Source: a candidate division FCPU426 bacterium (lineage in GTDB: Bacteria > Oederibacteriota > Muellerivitia > Muellerivitales > Muellerivitaceae). Taken from it: DNA of 61,226 nt. Position 1 is the first letter of the stretch, and every line of letters begins with the position of its first letter. The translations under genes were made by a program, and so were the position numbers. Under the pieces are notes generated by a model, which did no database searches, was not told the origin of the DNA, and saw only the letters and a list, made by a program, of their open reading frames with translations. Of this stretch, positions 9,449 to 18,384 are shown piece after piece. Location: contig CAWHOE010000032.1 of assembly GCA_963830915.1 (NCBI GenBank), positions 1 to 61,226 of the forward strand, given 5' to 3'.

Positions 9449-9503
9449 CTTGCTAATTGCACGAATTGAGTACAATTTTCAAGGATGTGCCGTCAAGCAA
9501 AGA
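9449..9503 (-). promoter_or_regulatory. Second copy of the promoter/operator at 4586-4640
   Basis: 45/55 identical by manual alignment; same TTGACG box and operator arms. Confidence 0.6.
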
Positions 9504-9504
9504 A

Positions 9505-9891
9505 CTAGGGAGTAGGCATTGGATAAAGCGAAATGCCAGGGTATTGGTAATGTCGGATGTTGAATGTGACAAGTGTCAGATCATTTAAAATAGCCGTGGC
9601 GGCGATAACGGCGTCAGCCCATTCACCCCGGTGTGGTTTGCGCGAGGAAGATCGTAAAATTTCAGCGGCTTTTCGAGCGGTCAAAGGGAGAACCGGAAGT
9701 ATTTCGTAGCTTTCTAAATGTTGCCGAACCGCTTTCATTTCAGAGGGTTTCGCTCCCACTTCCACTTCCAGAACATTTATGGCCGAACAGGCAATGGATT
9801 CTTCATCGGAGAGATCCAACAATAGTTCCACCACATCCGGACGACCCCGTAGGGCCCAAATGATAACGTCTGAATCGATCAGGTAAGGCAT
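9505..9891 (-). CDS. vapC: VapC-family PIN domain toxin
   Basis: 'YLIDSDVII', 'SAINVLEV..G', 'DAVIAATA...LTLVTFN.RHY'. Confidence 0.9.
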   Translation of the reverse strand: MPYLIDSDVIIWALRGRPDVVELLLDLSDEESIACSAINVLEVEVGAKPSEMKAVRQHLESYEILPVLPLTARKAAEILRSSSRKPHRGEWADAVIAATAILNDLTLVTFNIRHYQYPGISLYPMPTP

Positions 9892-9899
9892 GGCCCGAT

Positions 9900-10133
9900 T
9901 TAACTCCATCCCCGGACACGGCCTAAATGACGGTTAATACCCGCTTGGGTTTTCATATCGGGATGATTTTTGTCTGACCAGATCCCGGCGGTTTGCTTAA
10001 GGACCTTTTTGAATTTCATCGACCGTAACTGTTTCTCGACCGCGTCAGCGACAAACCGACTTCTTTGACGGGCGGGAATGGTATGTTTCAATTCGGCCCC
10101 CAACTCATCAGGAAGGACAATCAAGGTTTTCAT
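9900..10133 (-). CDS. Putative antitoxin (RHH-like) of the vapC pair
   Basis: 77 aa directly upstream of the PIN gene; 'IVLPDEL...RSRFVADAV', 'AGIWSD..HPD'. Confidence 0.75.
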   Translation of the reverse strand: MKTLIVLPDELGAELKHTIPARQRSRFVADAVEKQLRSMKFKKVLKQTAGIWSDKNHPDMKTQAGINRHLGRVRGWS

Positions 10134-10221
10134 GGGTAAATCTCCTTTTCTGTATATACGATTGTATATCCATCGAACAAATTCCGCAATTCCCTTTTGA
10201 ATACCTTTAAAACGTACCCTT

Positions 10222-11322
10222 TTAGGGGTTCGCCGGGGAGGTTTCGGTCACTTTGACGATGCCGCCGTTCGCGGAGGGGCGGTCGTCGAAATCGATGATC
10301 AGGCCGACCGGTCTTTCTGAAATGAACTGTTTGGTTTTGCCCTTTTCGCTGATGGTCGTCGCGACCCCTTCCACCAAATACTCACCCGAATCCTTATCCA
10401 CCTTCAAGACTTTCGCGGGCTTGGAGGGCTGAAAGAACAGGGTCAGTTTTTGAGACCGTATCTCCCTTAACTTTTCCTTGGGATAGAATTCCTTGAAAAA
10501 GGCGTCGGTGTAATGGTCGTTCGTAAAGTCATCCAGGTATTTCAACTGGGTAGAGGGGGTGTCATAGGAAACCCCGTAGAAGTTCACGGCGAAAGCCATG
10601 GCGATACCGGCGTCATTGGCCACCCTTCCCTTCAGCTCTTCGGGCACCTGGATTCCCCCTTTAGGATTTGGGGCGTTCCCCGGTTGGCCGTCGGTAGGCC
10701 GCGGGACGGGGCTTAGCTGGTACCAAATGACCAGGCCCGCCAGCACCGCTATCAGGGCAGAGGCCTTTTTGTGCCTCGGCACCCAGGCCTTGACCCGATC
10801 AATGGCACTATCGACCCATTGGCCGGTGGTTTGGCCTTGAGACGCCGCCTTGGATTTGACCTCCTCCGATTCGTCCATTTCCGGTTCATCCATGGGCGCG
10901 GATTCTTGCCGTTTACTTTGGTGTTTAGAGGGATCAAAAGTCGAAGCCGGATTACCGTCTAGAACCCATCCCAACAATGCCTCAATGTGGCGGGATGGCA
11001 GTCTGCGGGCAAGGATCTCATCCAGGATGGGGTAAGCCGACCCGGGGAGACCATCGATCTTGCCGTTCAGACCGGCTAGTATCTTGGCGTTGCTAAATGA
11101 CAGGATAAAAGGTTTTTTAGCCTTTGAAGCTTGCCGGATCTTGTCTTCAGACGCTTGATCCAGGATATCCTTTAGGGCGTAAAGGTAAGTGATTGTTGTT
11201 CGGTTCTCACCTAAGGCGGTTGCCAATTCCTCGTGGGTGGCGGAGAGTGTTTTTTTAACCTGGGCCCGTAAATTGGTTAATTTATCCAGCCATTCCAAAG
11301 ACTTAGGATTAACTTCACTCAT
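10222..11322 (-). CDS. ParB/KorB-like HTH - transmembrane - VirB8/NTF2-like domain protein
   Basis: 'THEELATALGENRTTITYLYAL...LSFSNAKILAGL...ILARRLPSRHIEALL' follows the ParB DNA-binding domain pattern; acidic linker; TM 'ALIAVLAGLVIWYQL'; helix-then-strand C-terminal domain; AGGAG RBS. Confidence 0.65.
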   Translation of the reverse strand: MSEVNPKSLEWLDKLTNLRAQVKKTLSATHEELATALGENRTTITYLYALKDILDQASEDKIRQASKAKKPFILSFSNAKILAGLNGKIDGLPGSAYPILDEILARRLPSRHIEALLGWVLDGNPASTFDPSKHQSKRQESAPMDEPEMDESEEVKSKAASQGQTTGQWVDSAIDRVKAWVPRHKKASALIAVLAGLVIWYQLSPVPRPTDGQPGNAPNPKGGIQVPEELKGRVANDAGIAMAFAVNFYGVSYDTPSTQLKYLDDFTNDHYTDAFFKEFYPKEKLREIRSQKLTLFFQPSKPAKVLKVDKDSGEYLVEGVATTISEKGKTKQFISERPVGLIIDFDDRPSANGGIVKVTETSPANP

Positions 11323-11390
11323 AAAGATCTCCTGCCACTGAGATGTTATTAGTTTAGGCTAATGTTGGCAGACCAGAAGAAATATGATTC

Positions 11391-11680
11391 TTGTCACCAG
11401 AAACCGGTTTTTGTCCCCAGTTTTGGAATTCTTTGTCCCCAGAAAACCGGCTTTGTCCCCAGTTTTACCGGGGCCTTGTCCCCAGAAACAGAATTTTGTC
11501 CCCGGTTCCTGGATTCTTTGTCCCCAGAAAACCGGCTCTGTCCCTGATTCTTCGGTTTTTTGTCCCCAGAAACGACCTTTTGTCCCTGATTCCGCCGGGG
11601 TTTGTCCCCAGAAAACACCGTTTGTCCCCAGTTTTGCCGGTGTTTTGTCCCCAGAAACAGGGCTTTGTCCCCAGAAAACG
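11391..11680. repeat. Array of 14 direct TTGTCCCC(AG) repeats with alternating 20 / 22-23 bp spacing
   Basis: Cores start at 11391, 11411, 11433, 11453, 11476, 11496, 11518, 11538, 11560, 11580, 11602, 11622, 11645, 11665. Confidence 0.95.
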
Positions 11681-11720
11681 GGCCATACCGAACAGTTGCC
11701 CTACACCAGAGATACATCCT

Positions 11721-11752
11721 AAAACCATAAAGTGTAACGTTATGGTTTTCAA
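11721..11752 (-). promoter_or_regulatory. Perfect 10-bp inverted repeat overlapping a possible promoter (or terminator hairpin)
   Basis: AAAACCATAA-N9-TTATGGTTTT; minus strand reads TTGAAA-N17-TATGGT. Confidence 0.4.
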
Positions 11753-11765
11753 GTTTTTCGGTGGG

Positions 11766-13887
11766 TTATCTTCCCTGTCCAGCCAGCCACTTCTCAATCC
11801 CAGCCCGTTCCGGGCTATTGGGTACCAGCCCCAGGTACTGCCTCAGGCGCTCGGCCGCAATCTCGGGGTTCCTCTGAACCTCCAGGTACCCCAGGTCTTT
11901 ATAGGCATCGGCAAAGTTGGGGTCCAGTTGGATGGTCGTCTCCCACTCCCTGGCCGCCTCGGCCTGCTTTTGCTCCTTGAAATATTGGTAGGCCAAATGG
12001 TGGTGGTAATCCGGGTTTTGTGGTTCAAAAGCTACAGCCTTTTCGAAGGCCGAAACCGCCTCCGCCGTCCTCCCCTCTTGGCCCATCGCCACCCCCAGGT
12101 CACACCAGGCCAGGGCAAAGGACGGGGCGCATTCCAGGGCCTTCTGGTAGCTCATCACCCCCTGATCTACCATGCCGTGGTTGGCCTCAAAAAGCCCGGT
12201 GTTGAGCCATAGCCTGGCGTCGTCATAAGCCAGCCGTTTGGTCATGGCCAGGTCTTGGGCCGTCAAACCCGGGTCCCTGCGGGTCTCCTGGTCAAAGGTC
12301 GCCTTGAACAGATGGAACCTCGCCCCCGACTCCCGGGAAAGGTAGTCATGGGTCGGCTCCACCCTGGGCACCACGAACCATTGCCAGAAACGGTCGGGAT
12401 TACCCCCATCCACCCCGTTAAGCACCTGAAATAGCAGACCCGTCATGGTTAGGGGCCGGCCAGGGGATTCAGCGGATTCGGTGTAATAGACCGGCATGGC
12501 CGGGCGGTCCTTTTCATGGTCCAGTTCGGTGGTCACCCACTCTTGCGGGCTCATTTGCTTTTTACCCTGATAATCAAGGAGATGGTACAGGTCAGTGAAA
12601 AGTCCGCCGGTGCGGTCGAAGATTTCCAGGTCGGGGCGAAGGTTCTTCACCAGCTTCAGATAAGCCAGGGGGAATGTAATGGCATCTCCCTCACTATAGA
12701 GGACGGCCTTGGACGGCATTTGGTACAGGATGTCCCGCCCGATATCCTCCACCGCCAGGTTGCGGGAGGCGTCCAGGCTTTTCGCGCTTAAACCCACAAC
12801 CATCAGGGTCGCCAGGACCAGGCCGGTGAAAAGCCAGTTTCGGCTCGACCCAGCCCACTCCAACAGCTTTTGGATGCCCAACACCAGCAAGGGCGCCGCC
12901 CAAAGGATGGCCGGGGCCAGGAACTGGGAGTTGACGATGTTGTTTTCGATGTCATAGGGAGACCTGAGCAAGAAGGGGAGGACGATAAGAAGCCCAATCC
13001 CGCCCAGCCAGTAGGCAATGTTCAACCGTCCTCGGGAGTAGATGGCCCCGATGACCGCCAGGACCAGGCCAAGCCCGTAGGTTTCCTTGAAGAACATCAC
13101 CAGGTAGATCCAAAGGTCGACGAACCCGTTCAGGAACTTGCCCCCGCTCAGGTCTCCGCCATATTGGGCCCGGGTGAGGTGCCAGAGGAACTGTTGAAGA
13201 TGGACGGGGTTGCCCCAGTTCGCCAGCGGGTGAAGCTGGGCCCTCATGGGAAGCACCAGGTAAGGTGTCAGCCCTAAGACCGCCAGGGAGGCTCCGTAGG
13301 CGAGCCACTTAGGCCTGAGCAAAAAGGACCGGAACCGCCAGATCAAAGCCGGCACCAGCAAGAGGGTCAGATGCTGATTCGCAAGCGCCAGGCCCACCAG
13401 AAGAACAAGTTCGTAAATATCCCTTTAAGGACAAATCCATAAAGCAAAACATTAAGAGAGATATGAACAGCAAGTGAAGGGCGAATACCTCCGGGCTGAC
13501 CATCTGATGGAACACCAGCGGCCCGGCCAGGGTGAGGCTTGCGGCGACGAGAGCGATTCCCCACTTCTGGTTCCCCGTCCATTGATCAGCCAGCAGACCT
13601 CGAAGGGTTAGGGCCAGCACCAGCCAGGCCAAGACCTGGGCGAGGATGGAAAGGAGGGTCGTCCGAAAGGCCTCTGTGCCCAACGGAAGGGCCTGAAAGA
13701 GGTGCCCCAGGGTGATGTAGAGGGGGTAACCGGGGGCATGGGCCGAACCCCAGTGGTACGCGGCGGAGGTTAGTTCGGGGGCATCCCCGCCCACGATGCC
13801 CGGAGCCGCAGCCGATAGGCCCAGGTAGGTCCAAAGAAGCGCCAACCCCGCGATGACCCAGGGCATGGGGTTAAAAGTTTTTAGCAT
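11766..13887 (-). pseudogene. DUF2723 / TMEM260-like (GT-C fold) glycosyltransferase with C-terminal TPRs; frameshift near 13400 (possible sequencing error)
   Basis: 'GGDAPEL...AHAPGYPLY' and 'EVFAL' in ORF 13309-13887; 'GLALANQH', 'Y.VLP.RA...NWGNP', 'GDAITFPL.Y', TPRs in ORF 11766-13397; one-base removal joins them. Confidence 0.85.
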
Positions 13888-13899
13888 CTAGTCCCTTAA

Positions 13900-14190
13900 T
13901 TAAAAACAGAAATGATTTAAAAGCGACAAAGTGAGTAAAACCAATCCCAGTAATCTCATTAACCATTTTTGGGTTCTATTAGGCCATTTCCGAATACTCT
14001 CATCAGTAACACCCCCAATTTTATACATCTCTTCTGCCTGCGTGTTAATGATCTGACCTTTAGCATTAAAATTTTGATTCTTATTTCCTACAACAAAGAG
14101 CATTAGAAATTTCAAAAAAATGGCAGGGAAAATTATTATCAATAATCCAATACAGGGAAATAGAACCCATAAGTTATTTATAGAGTTCAC
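13900..14190 (-). CDS. Small hypothetical membrane protein
   Basis: 96 aa with two TM segments; AT-rich. Confidence 0.6.
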   Translation of the reverse strand: MNSINNLWVLFPCIGLLIIIFPAIFLKFLMLFVVGNKNQNFNAKGQIINTQAEEMYKIGGVTDESIRKWPNRTQKWLMRLLGLVLLTLSLLNHFCF

Positions 14191-14236
14191 TACTACGCCT
14201 TCCCATCGCGAACGATGTTTTTTTTCACAAAAGTCG

Positions 14237-16120
14237 TTACTTCAGATCAATTCCGAATTCCTCCCAAAATGTCTTTTTATCTTCAGAATCCTTTATTAAA
14301 GAACTAATATTATTATTGATTTCCTCAAAGCCAGACCTATAAATAGAAACTTCATTTGAAGATGCATTTTTTATTAACTGTTCTTGATTCTGATGAGTCG
14401 TTGCGAACTCCATTAACTTATAAGTAGTCCCTTTTTTCAGGTCATAAGTAATTTTATAAAAAGTAAAATAATCCTTTGCCATCGAATCCTTAACATTTTC
14501 CAGTTGAATTTCTGTCAAATTAGAATTTTTAAAACCAATCTTTAGTCGATCCAAAAGTTTGCTATAAAAATAGGTTTTTTTTAACTCAGTTTCATCATCT
14601 GGTTCACAAAGCGAGCAAGATTTCTCAAAAAGAATATAATCAAGAAAACGGCGATACTTAGCCTGCCCGAAAATTTTCAAAAGACTTTGAGGAATTTGAT
14701 CCCACTCTTTCCTCAGGACTTTTAAATTTTTCTCATATTCTTCTAATTCACCATTATTTTTATAATAATCAACAGTGGGGGAGTTAGAACGCAATTGGAA
14801 AGAAATTTCCGCCATTTTTTTGATGAACGCAACAAAATCGTCACGTTGAGAAGGTGTTAGGTTTAAAAAAGCCGATTCATTCTCAACGAAAGGTGACACC
14901 CCAAACAGTCTCATTTGTTCGACATAAACCACGGGTTCAAATGCATTTGTACGAGTCAAATTAATTTCACCGTTTTTCAAATATTCATCATAATTCTTAT
15001 ACGTAACCGGAACGTGATTAGCGTTTTTTTGTTCTATTGCATTCGGTTGTTGGTTTTTCCAATCCAAGTAAGCTTTGGATTTTAAAATCTCTCTAAATTG
15101 ATTATCTTTTTTCATTATTTCTTCGTAAGTCGGATTCAGTTCTATTACTTTCTGGATTTGCGAAACGGCATTAGCGTCATCTAAATTGGCAAAATAAGCC
15201 AAAGCTAGATTGTAATGACCCATCACATAGTCGGGTTTGATCCGCACTGAACATTCTAGAGTATTCACCGCGTTTGCAGTTTCGCCATTCTTCATATATG
15301 CGTAACCCAAATACTGCCAAGTCGAATAATCGTCCGGATGGTCTTCTACTTCCAACCTATATTCCTGTATAGCGCATTTATATTCACGCTTATGGAAATA
15401 TTGTTTCCCGAGAGCCAAATGACTTAATGATTTGTCCGGCTCACTACAACCTTCCAAAGATTCTATTTCGCTCACTGGTTGCCAGGGTTCAATAAACTCC
15501 ATTCCTTTTTTATCCCAAAGCATTTCCCCATCATCAGAAACGATCTCCATGGTTCCTTTTTCAGGAACATATTTAATATACGGTTCCATACCTTCTTCTT
15601 TACCAATTCGCTGATCTGCTCCCGCGGCGTTCTTTATCTCAACCCCGTTCCAGAAATCGAACGACCAATCGGCCCCGCCAGCCGATAAAGCCCATGAAGT
15701 TTTGTAACCGAAAAAAACCGGAAATCCTTTCTTTTGCGGCCCAAAATATAACGCTTCACCAGCTTCAATGTCCTTACTTGCGAGTAATTTCCCGCTTAGA
15801 TCCAATACTAATAATTTATTTTTTTGACCCTTAAAGCGGGCGACTGAAATAATCTCGTATTTTTCATCCTGTTTCAAATCCACCAAATAAGCGACTACAG
15901 CTTCCAATTCCGCTTTTGAAGGAACAAATTTATTGACCAGTTGGAAGAAATTATCGACTTCAACCTTTTTCCCGCCAGGTTCCAAAAGAATTAAATTTGT
16001 ATTTGTGTCTCCATTGTCAAATTCAACACTTGGAATATTCTCATCCGATGCCCTTCCGATGAAAGGCACCATCAGGATCACAATTAAACAGGCCATTGAG
16101 AACCGATTAAATAAGTTCAT
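14237..16120 (-). CDS. Secreted TPR-containing hypothetical protein (AT-rich)
   Basis: Signal peptide after GAGGTG RBS; central TPRs ('HLALGKQY', 'WQYLGYAY', 'HYNLALAY'). Confidence 0.8.
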   Translation of the reverse strand: MNLFNRFSMACLIVILMVPFIGRASDENIPSVEFDNGDTNTNLILLEPGGKKVEVDNFFQLVNKFVPSKAELEAVVAYLVDLKQDEKYEIISVARFKGQKNKLLVLDLSGKLLASKDIEAGEALYFGPQKKGFPVFFGYKTSWALSAGGADWSFDFWNGVEIKNAAGADQRIGKEEGMEPYIKYVPEKGTMEIVSDDGEMLWDKKGMEFIEPWQPVSEIESLEGCSEPDKSLSHLALGKQYFHKREYKCAIQEYRLEVEDHPDDYSTWQYLGYAYMKNGETANAVNTLECSVRIKPDYVMGHYNLALAYFANLDDANAVSQIQKVIELNPTYEEIMKKDNQFREILKSKAYLDWKNQQPNAIEQKNANHVPVTYKNYDEYLKNGEINLTRTNAFEPVVYVEQMRLFGVSPFVENESAFLNLTPSQRDDFVAFIKKMAEISFQLRSNSPTVDYYKNNGELEEYEKNLKVLRKEWDQIPQSLLKIFGQAKYRRFLDYILFEKSCSLCEPDDETELKKTYFYSKLLDRLKIGFKNSNLTEIQLENVKDSMAKDYFTFYKITYDLKKGTTYKLMEFATTHQNQEQLIKNASSNEVSIYRSGFEEINNNISSLIKDSEDKKTFWEEFGIDLK

Positions 16121-16197
16121 ATGAACACCTCGCATAATTGGACGGAGCTTGTTTATCTTCATTTCCACCATGATATCAATTTGGGCGTTTCTTTAGG

Positions 16198-16359
16198 ATG
16201 TCATTGCGAGGAGCGTCATTTTATTGGTTTTAGCGACGAAGCAACCTCAGTTATTGGGGCCTAAATACGCCTTAGAATTAAACACTAGAAAACGCCAATT
16301 CGAAAACATCCCATGAACTGAGGTTGCCGCGCCGCATAATTCGCGGCTCGCAATGACAT
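16198..16359. repeat. REP-like palindromic element (GTCATTGCGAG...CTCGCAATGAC), copy 1
   Basis: Terminal inverted arms; internal GCAACCTCAGTT / AACTGAGGTTGC; second copy at 30066-30224. Confidence 0.85.
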
Positions 16360-16386
16360 ATAAGGAGAAAGTTATAACTCCAAACC

Positions 16387-17079
16387 TCACTTTTCGTGAA
16401 TGGTTGAAGTCGCCGGATCATAATTGATCGTCAAAGTTTGCGGGGCGTTGAAATCAGGATATTGGCCCGCTAAAACCCCAATATCTTTTCCAAGGATCAA
16501 ATCGTTGCCCTGAACTTTTTCTTCATCAGGTTGGCATCGATCGCCCAGGATCATTTCACCCACTTTTTTCATCAAAAACCTCGGTTTGCCTTGCCCAATG
16601 GTCTTTTTCTTAAAATCCACCGCTATCCCATGATCTTTTTCGAAAGTTACGAATATAAGCGTTTCAAACACGCCCGAACCCCCGGAATAATCGCTTGTCT
16701 CAAGAACGTATATCCCGCTTTTGGTTTTACCGATATATCGGTACCCGAATTCTTGTAAGTTCATATCCCCATCCGCTTTTTTATCGGCTCTTATGAATAC
16801 ATAGGGATTATCGTCACTATTGGTATTGGCTTTTATATCCCCGAAGTACCGGTTGCTATCCTGCGAATCCAACAGATTGATGGAAGTCACCTGATCGCCC
16901 GTGTCACTGATCCACGTGGAAAGGTCTTGAAATATCTTTGGGCTGAGAAAGGGGGCCTGGAGGAACATTTGCTCGGGTTTGTCCGCGTTTATTTTGAAGG
17001 CCGGGTCAGTGGAATAGCCCATCCTGGCGGTTCCCGCTAAAAGGACAATACCCATCAAGAATCTATTAAGGATTTTCAT
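16387..17079 (-). CDS. Secreted hypothetical protein
   Basis: Signal peptide, GGAGG RBS, 230 aa. Confidence 0.8.
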   Translation of the reverse strand: MKILNRFLMGIVLLAGTARMGYSTDPAFKINADKPEQMFLQAPFLSPKIFQDLSTWISDTGDQVTSINLLDSQDSNRYFGDIKANTNSDDNPYVFIRADKKADGDMNLQEFGYRYIGKTKSGIYVLETSDYSGGSGVFETLIFVTFEKDHGIAVDFKKKTIGQGKPRFLMKKVGEMILGDRCQPDEEKVQGNDLILGKDIGVLAGQYPDFNAPQTLTINYDPATSTIHEK

Positions 17080-17108
17080 TTCTCCTCCCTTTTTTTGAAT
17101 GAACTTTT

Positions 17109-17498
17109 TTACTTTTTTGTCCTATTCCCCACGGCGACCAACTTCTCCACATCCATCAATATTTCCGTATGTTGATGCGCTGTATTCGGATAAAACAACT
17201 TGCCTGTAACTTTCACACGTTTCTTTTTGTATCTGTCCAAAATCTTTACTGTATCCAGAAAATTCAACTGCATTTTGACGGCATTCGTTACCGGCCCTCC
17301 AAAATCATCCTCTTCCGTACTGATTGGTTTATCGAGTATAAGAACATTCACGGTCTCAATCTGATCATTCGCGTCCGGGAATTCCTCGGATGTTAAAACG
17401 CCCGAAAGAGTAACCTTATCTTTGGTATTGAGAATGACCGAATCAGCCCAGGTAACAGAATTCATCAACAGGAACAGGAATAGGACCTTTTTTAGCAT
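17109..17498 (-). CDS. DUF4431-like secreted protein
   Basis: Signal peptide; 'LSGVL...LILDKPI...QL...KRVKVTGKLF...TAHQHTEILM'. Confidence 0.7.
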   Translation of the reverse strand: MLKKVLFLFLLMNSVTWADSVILNTKDKVTLSGVLTSEEFPDANDQIETVNVLILDKPISTEEDDFGGPVTNAVKMQLNFLDTVKILDRYKKKRVKVTGKLFYPNTAHQHTEILMDVEKLVAVGNRTKK

Positions 17499-17556
17499 CT
17501 TTTCACCTCCTATTTTCACATCGGTTTTCGACTTCATATTTCGTTTCTCGTGGTCG

Positions 17557-18384
17557 TTATTTCAATCCGCAGTTACAGTCATCTTTCATACTCGGGTCAA
17601 AGTCATAACTGATTTTCTTCGCGCCATCCCAGAAGGAACTATCGACCTTTTTTTGAACGAAGGTGTTCTTGTTGAAATCGAATAAAAAGATGGTGTCCTT
17701 CTTTTCCACTTCGTCTCTTCCATCGGCCGTTAGCCCAATTTTAGAGTAAAAATACAATTTTCCTTTTTGATAGGCGTCGTAATTCTTGATCTGTTTGGAG
17801 AACACCAATTTCCCCAGTTCCATGTCGAAAACATCGGTAATACCATCCTCCGCTTCGCCGTTTTCGCTGAATAGATACCGGGAATCATCGGTCCAAAAAT
17901 ATTGGCCGCCATGAAGGGTCTGGAGACCGCCATCCTTATCGACCAGATATAGGATCGATCGGTAATCCCCTATCTTTTCAAAGAGGAAGTATTTGGGATT
18001 GGGTTGTTGGTTAGGGACGAATATCCCATAGGGGGCCCCCACAGGATCGATATCGAGGTATTCTTGGTGTAACTGCTTCCCGTCTTTCTCTATTTTTAAC
18101 CACGCGCGGCAATACCAGTCGTTTTTACTGTTGGGTGCCGGTTCCGCTTTCCTTTTATTCTTCACTTGAATGATGGTTATCACGACCGAACCGTGGTGGT
18201 ACAGCGTTTGGGAGGTATTGAAGTTGGAACCCGGATAATTGGAGGTTATGAACTCTTTGTTTTCACCGGATTTGTCCCCGAAGGCAGAGCCAGAGACGGT
18301 TAACACAAGGGTGACCATCAGGCAGAGGGTTCTAAAGGTTATTTTTTTCGTCACGTTTCGCCCCATTTTATGCACAACAATCAC
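17557..18384 (-). CDS. Secreted hypothetical protein
   Basis: Signal peptide; beta-rich; exact start uncertain. Confidence 0.75.
   Translation of the reverse strand: MIVVHKMGRNVTKKITFRTLCLMVTLVLTVSGSAFGDKSGENKEFITSNYPGSNFNTSQTLYHHGSVVITIIQVKNKRKAEPAPNSKNDWYCRAWLKIEKDGKQLHQEYLDIDPVGAPYGIFVPNQQPNPKYFLFEKIGDYRSILYLVDKDGGLQTLHGGQYFWTDDSRYLFSENGEAEDGITDVFDMELGKLVFSKQIKNYDAYQKGKLYFYSKIGLTADGRDEVEKKDTIFLFDFNKNTFVQKKVDSSFWDGAKKISYDFDPSMKDDCNCGLK

Noticed and set aside
11391..11680. CRISPR array
   Set aside because: Conserved part is only ~10 bp, the period is ~21 bp, linkers resemble each other, and there are no cas genes.
9505..11700. Integrated plasmid or ICE
   Set aside because: Despite vapBC, a ParB-like HTH and a VirB8-like domain, no rep, relaxase, T4SS cluster, integrase or att repeats are visible.
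11362..12212. ORFs spanning the repeat array (for example 11391-12212 +, 11394-11717 -)
   Set aside because: The 23-bp steps shift the repeat between frames, ORFs are open in most frames only because the repeat lacks stops, and the longest one runs antisense to the glycosyltransferase.
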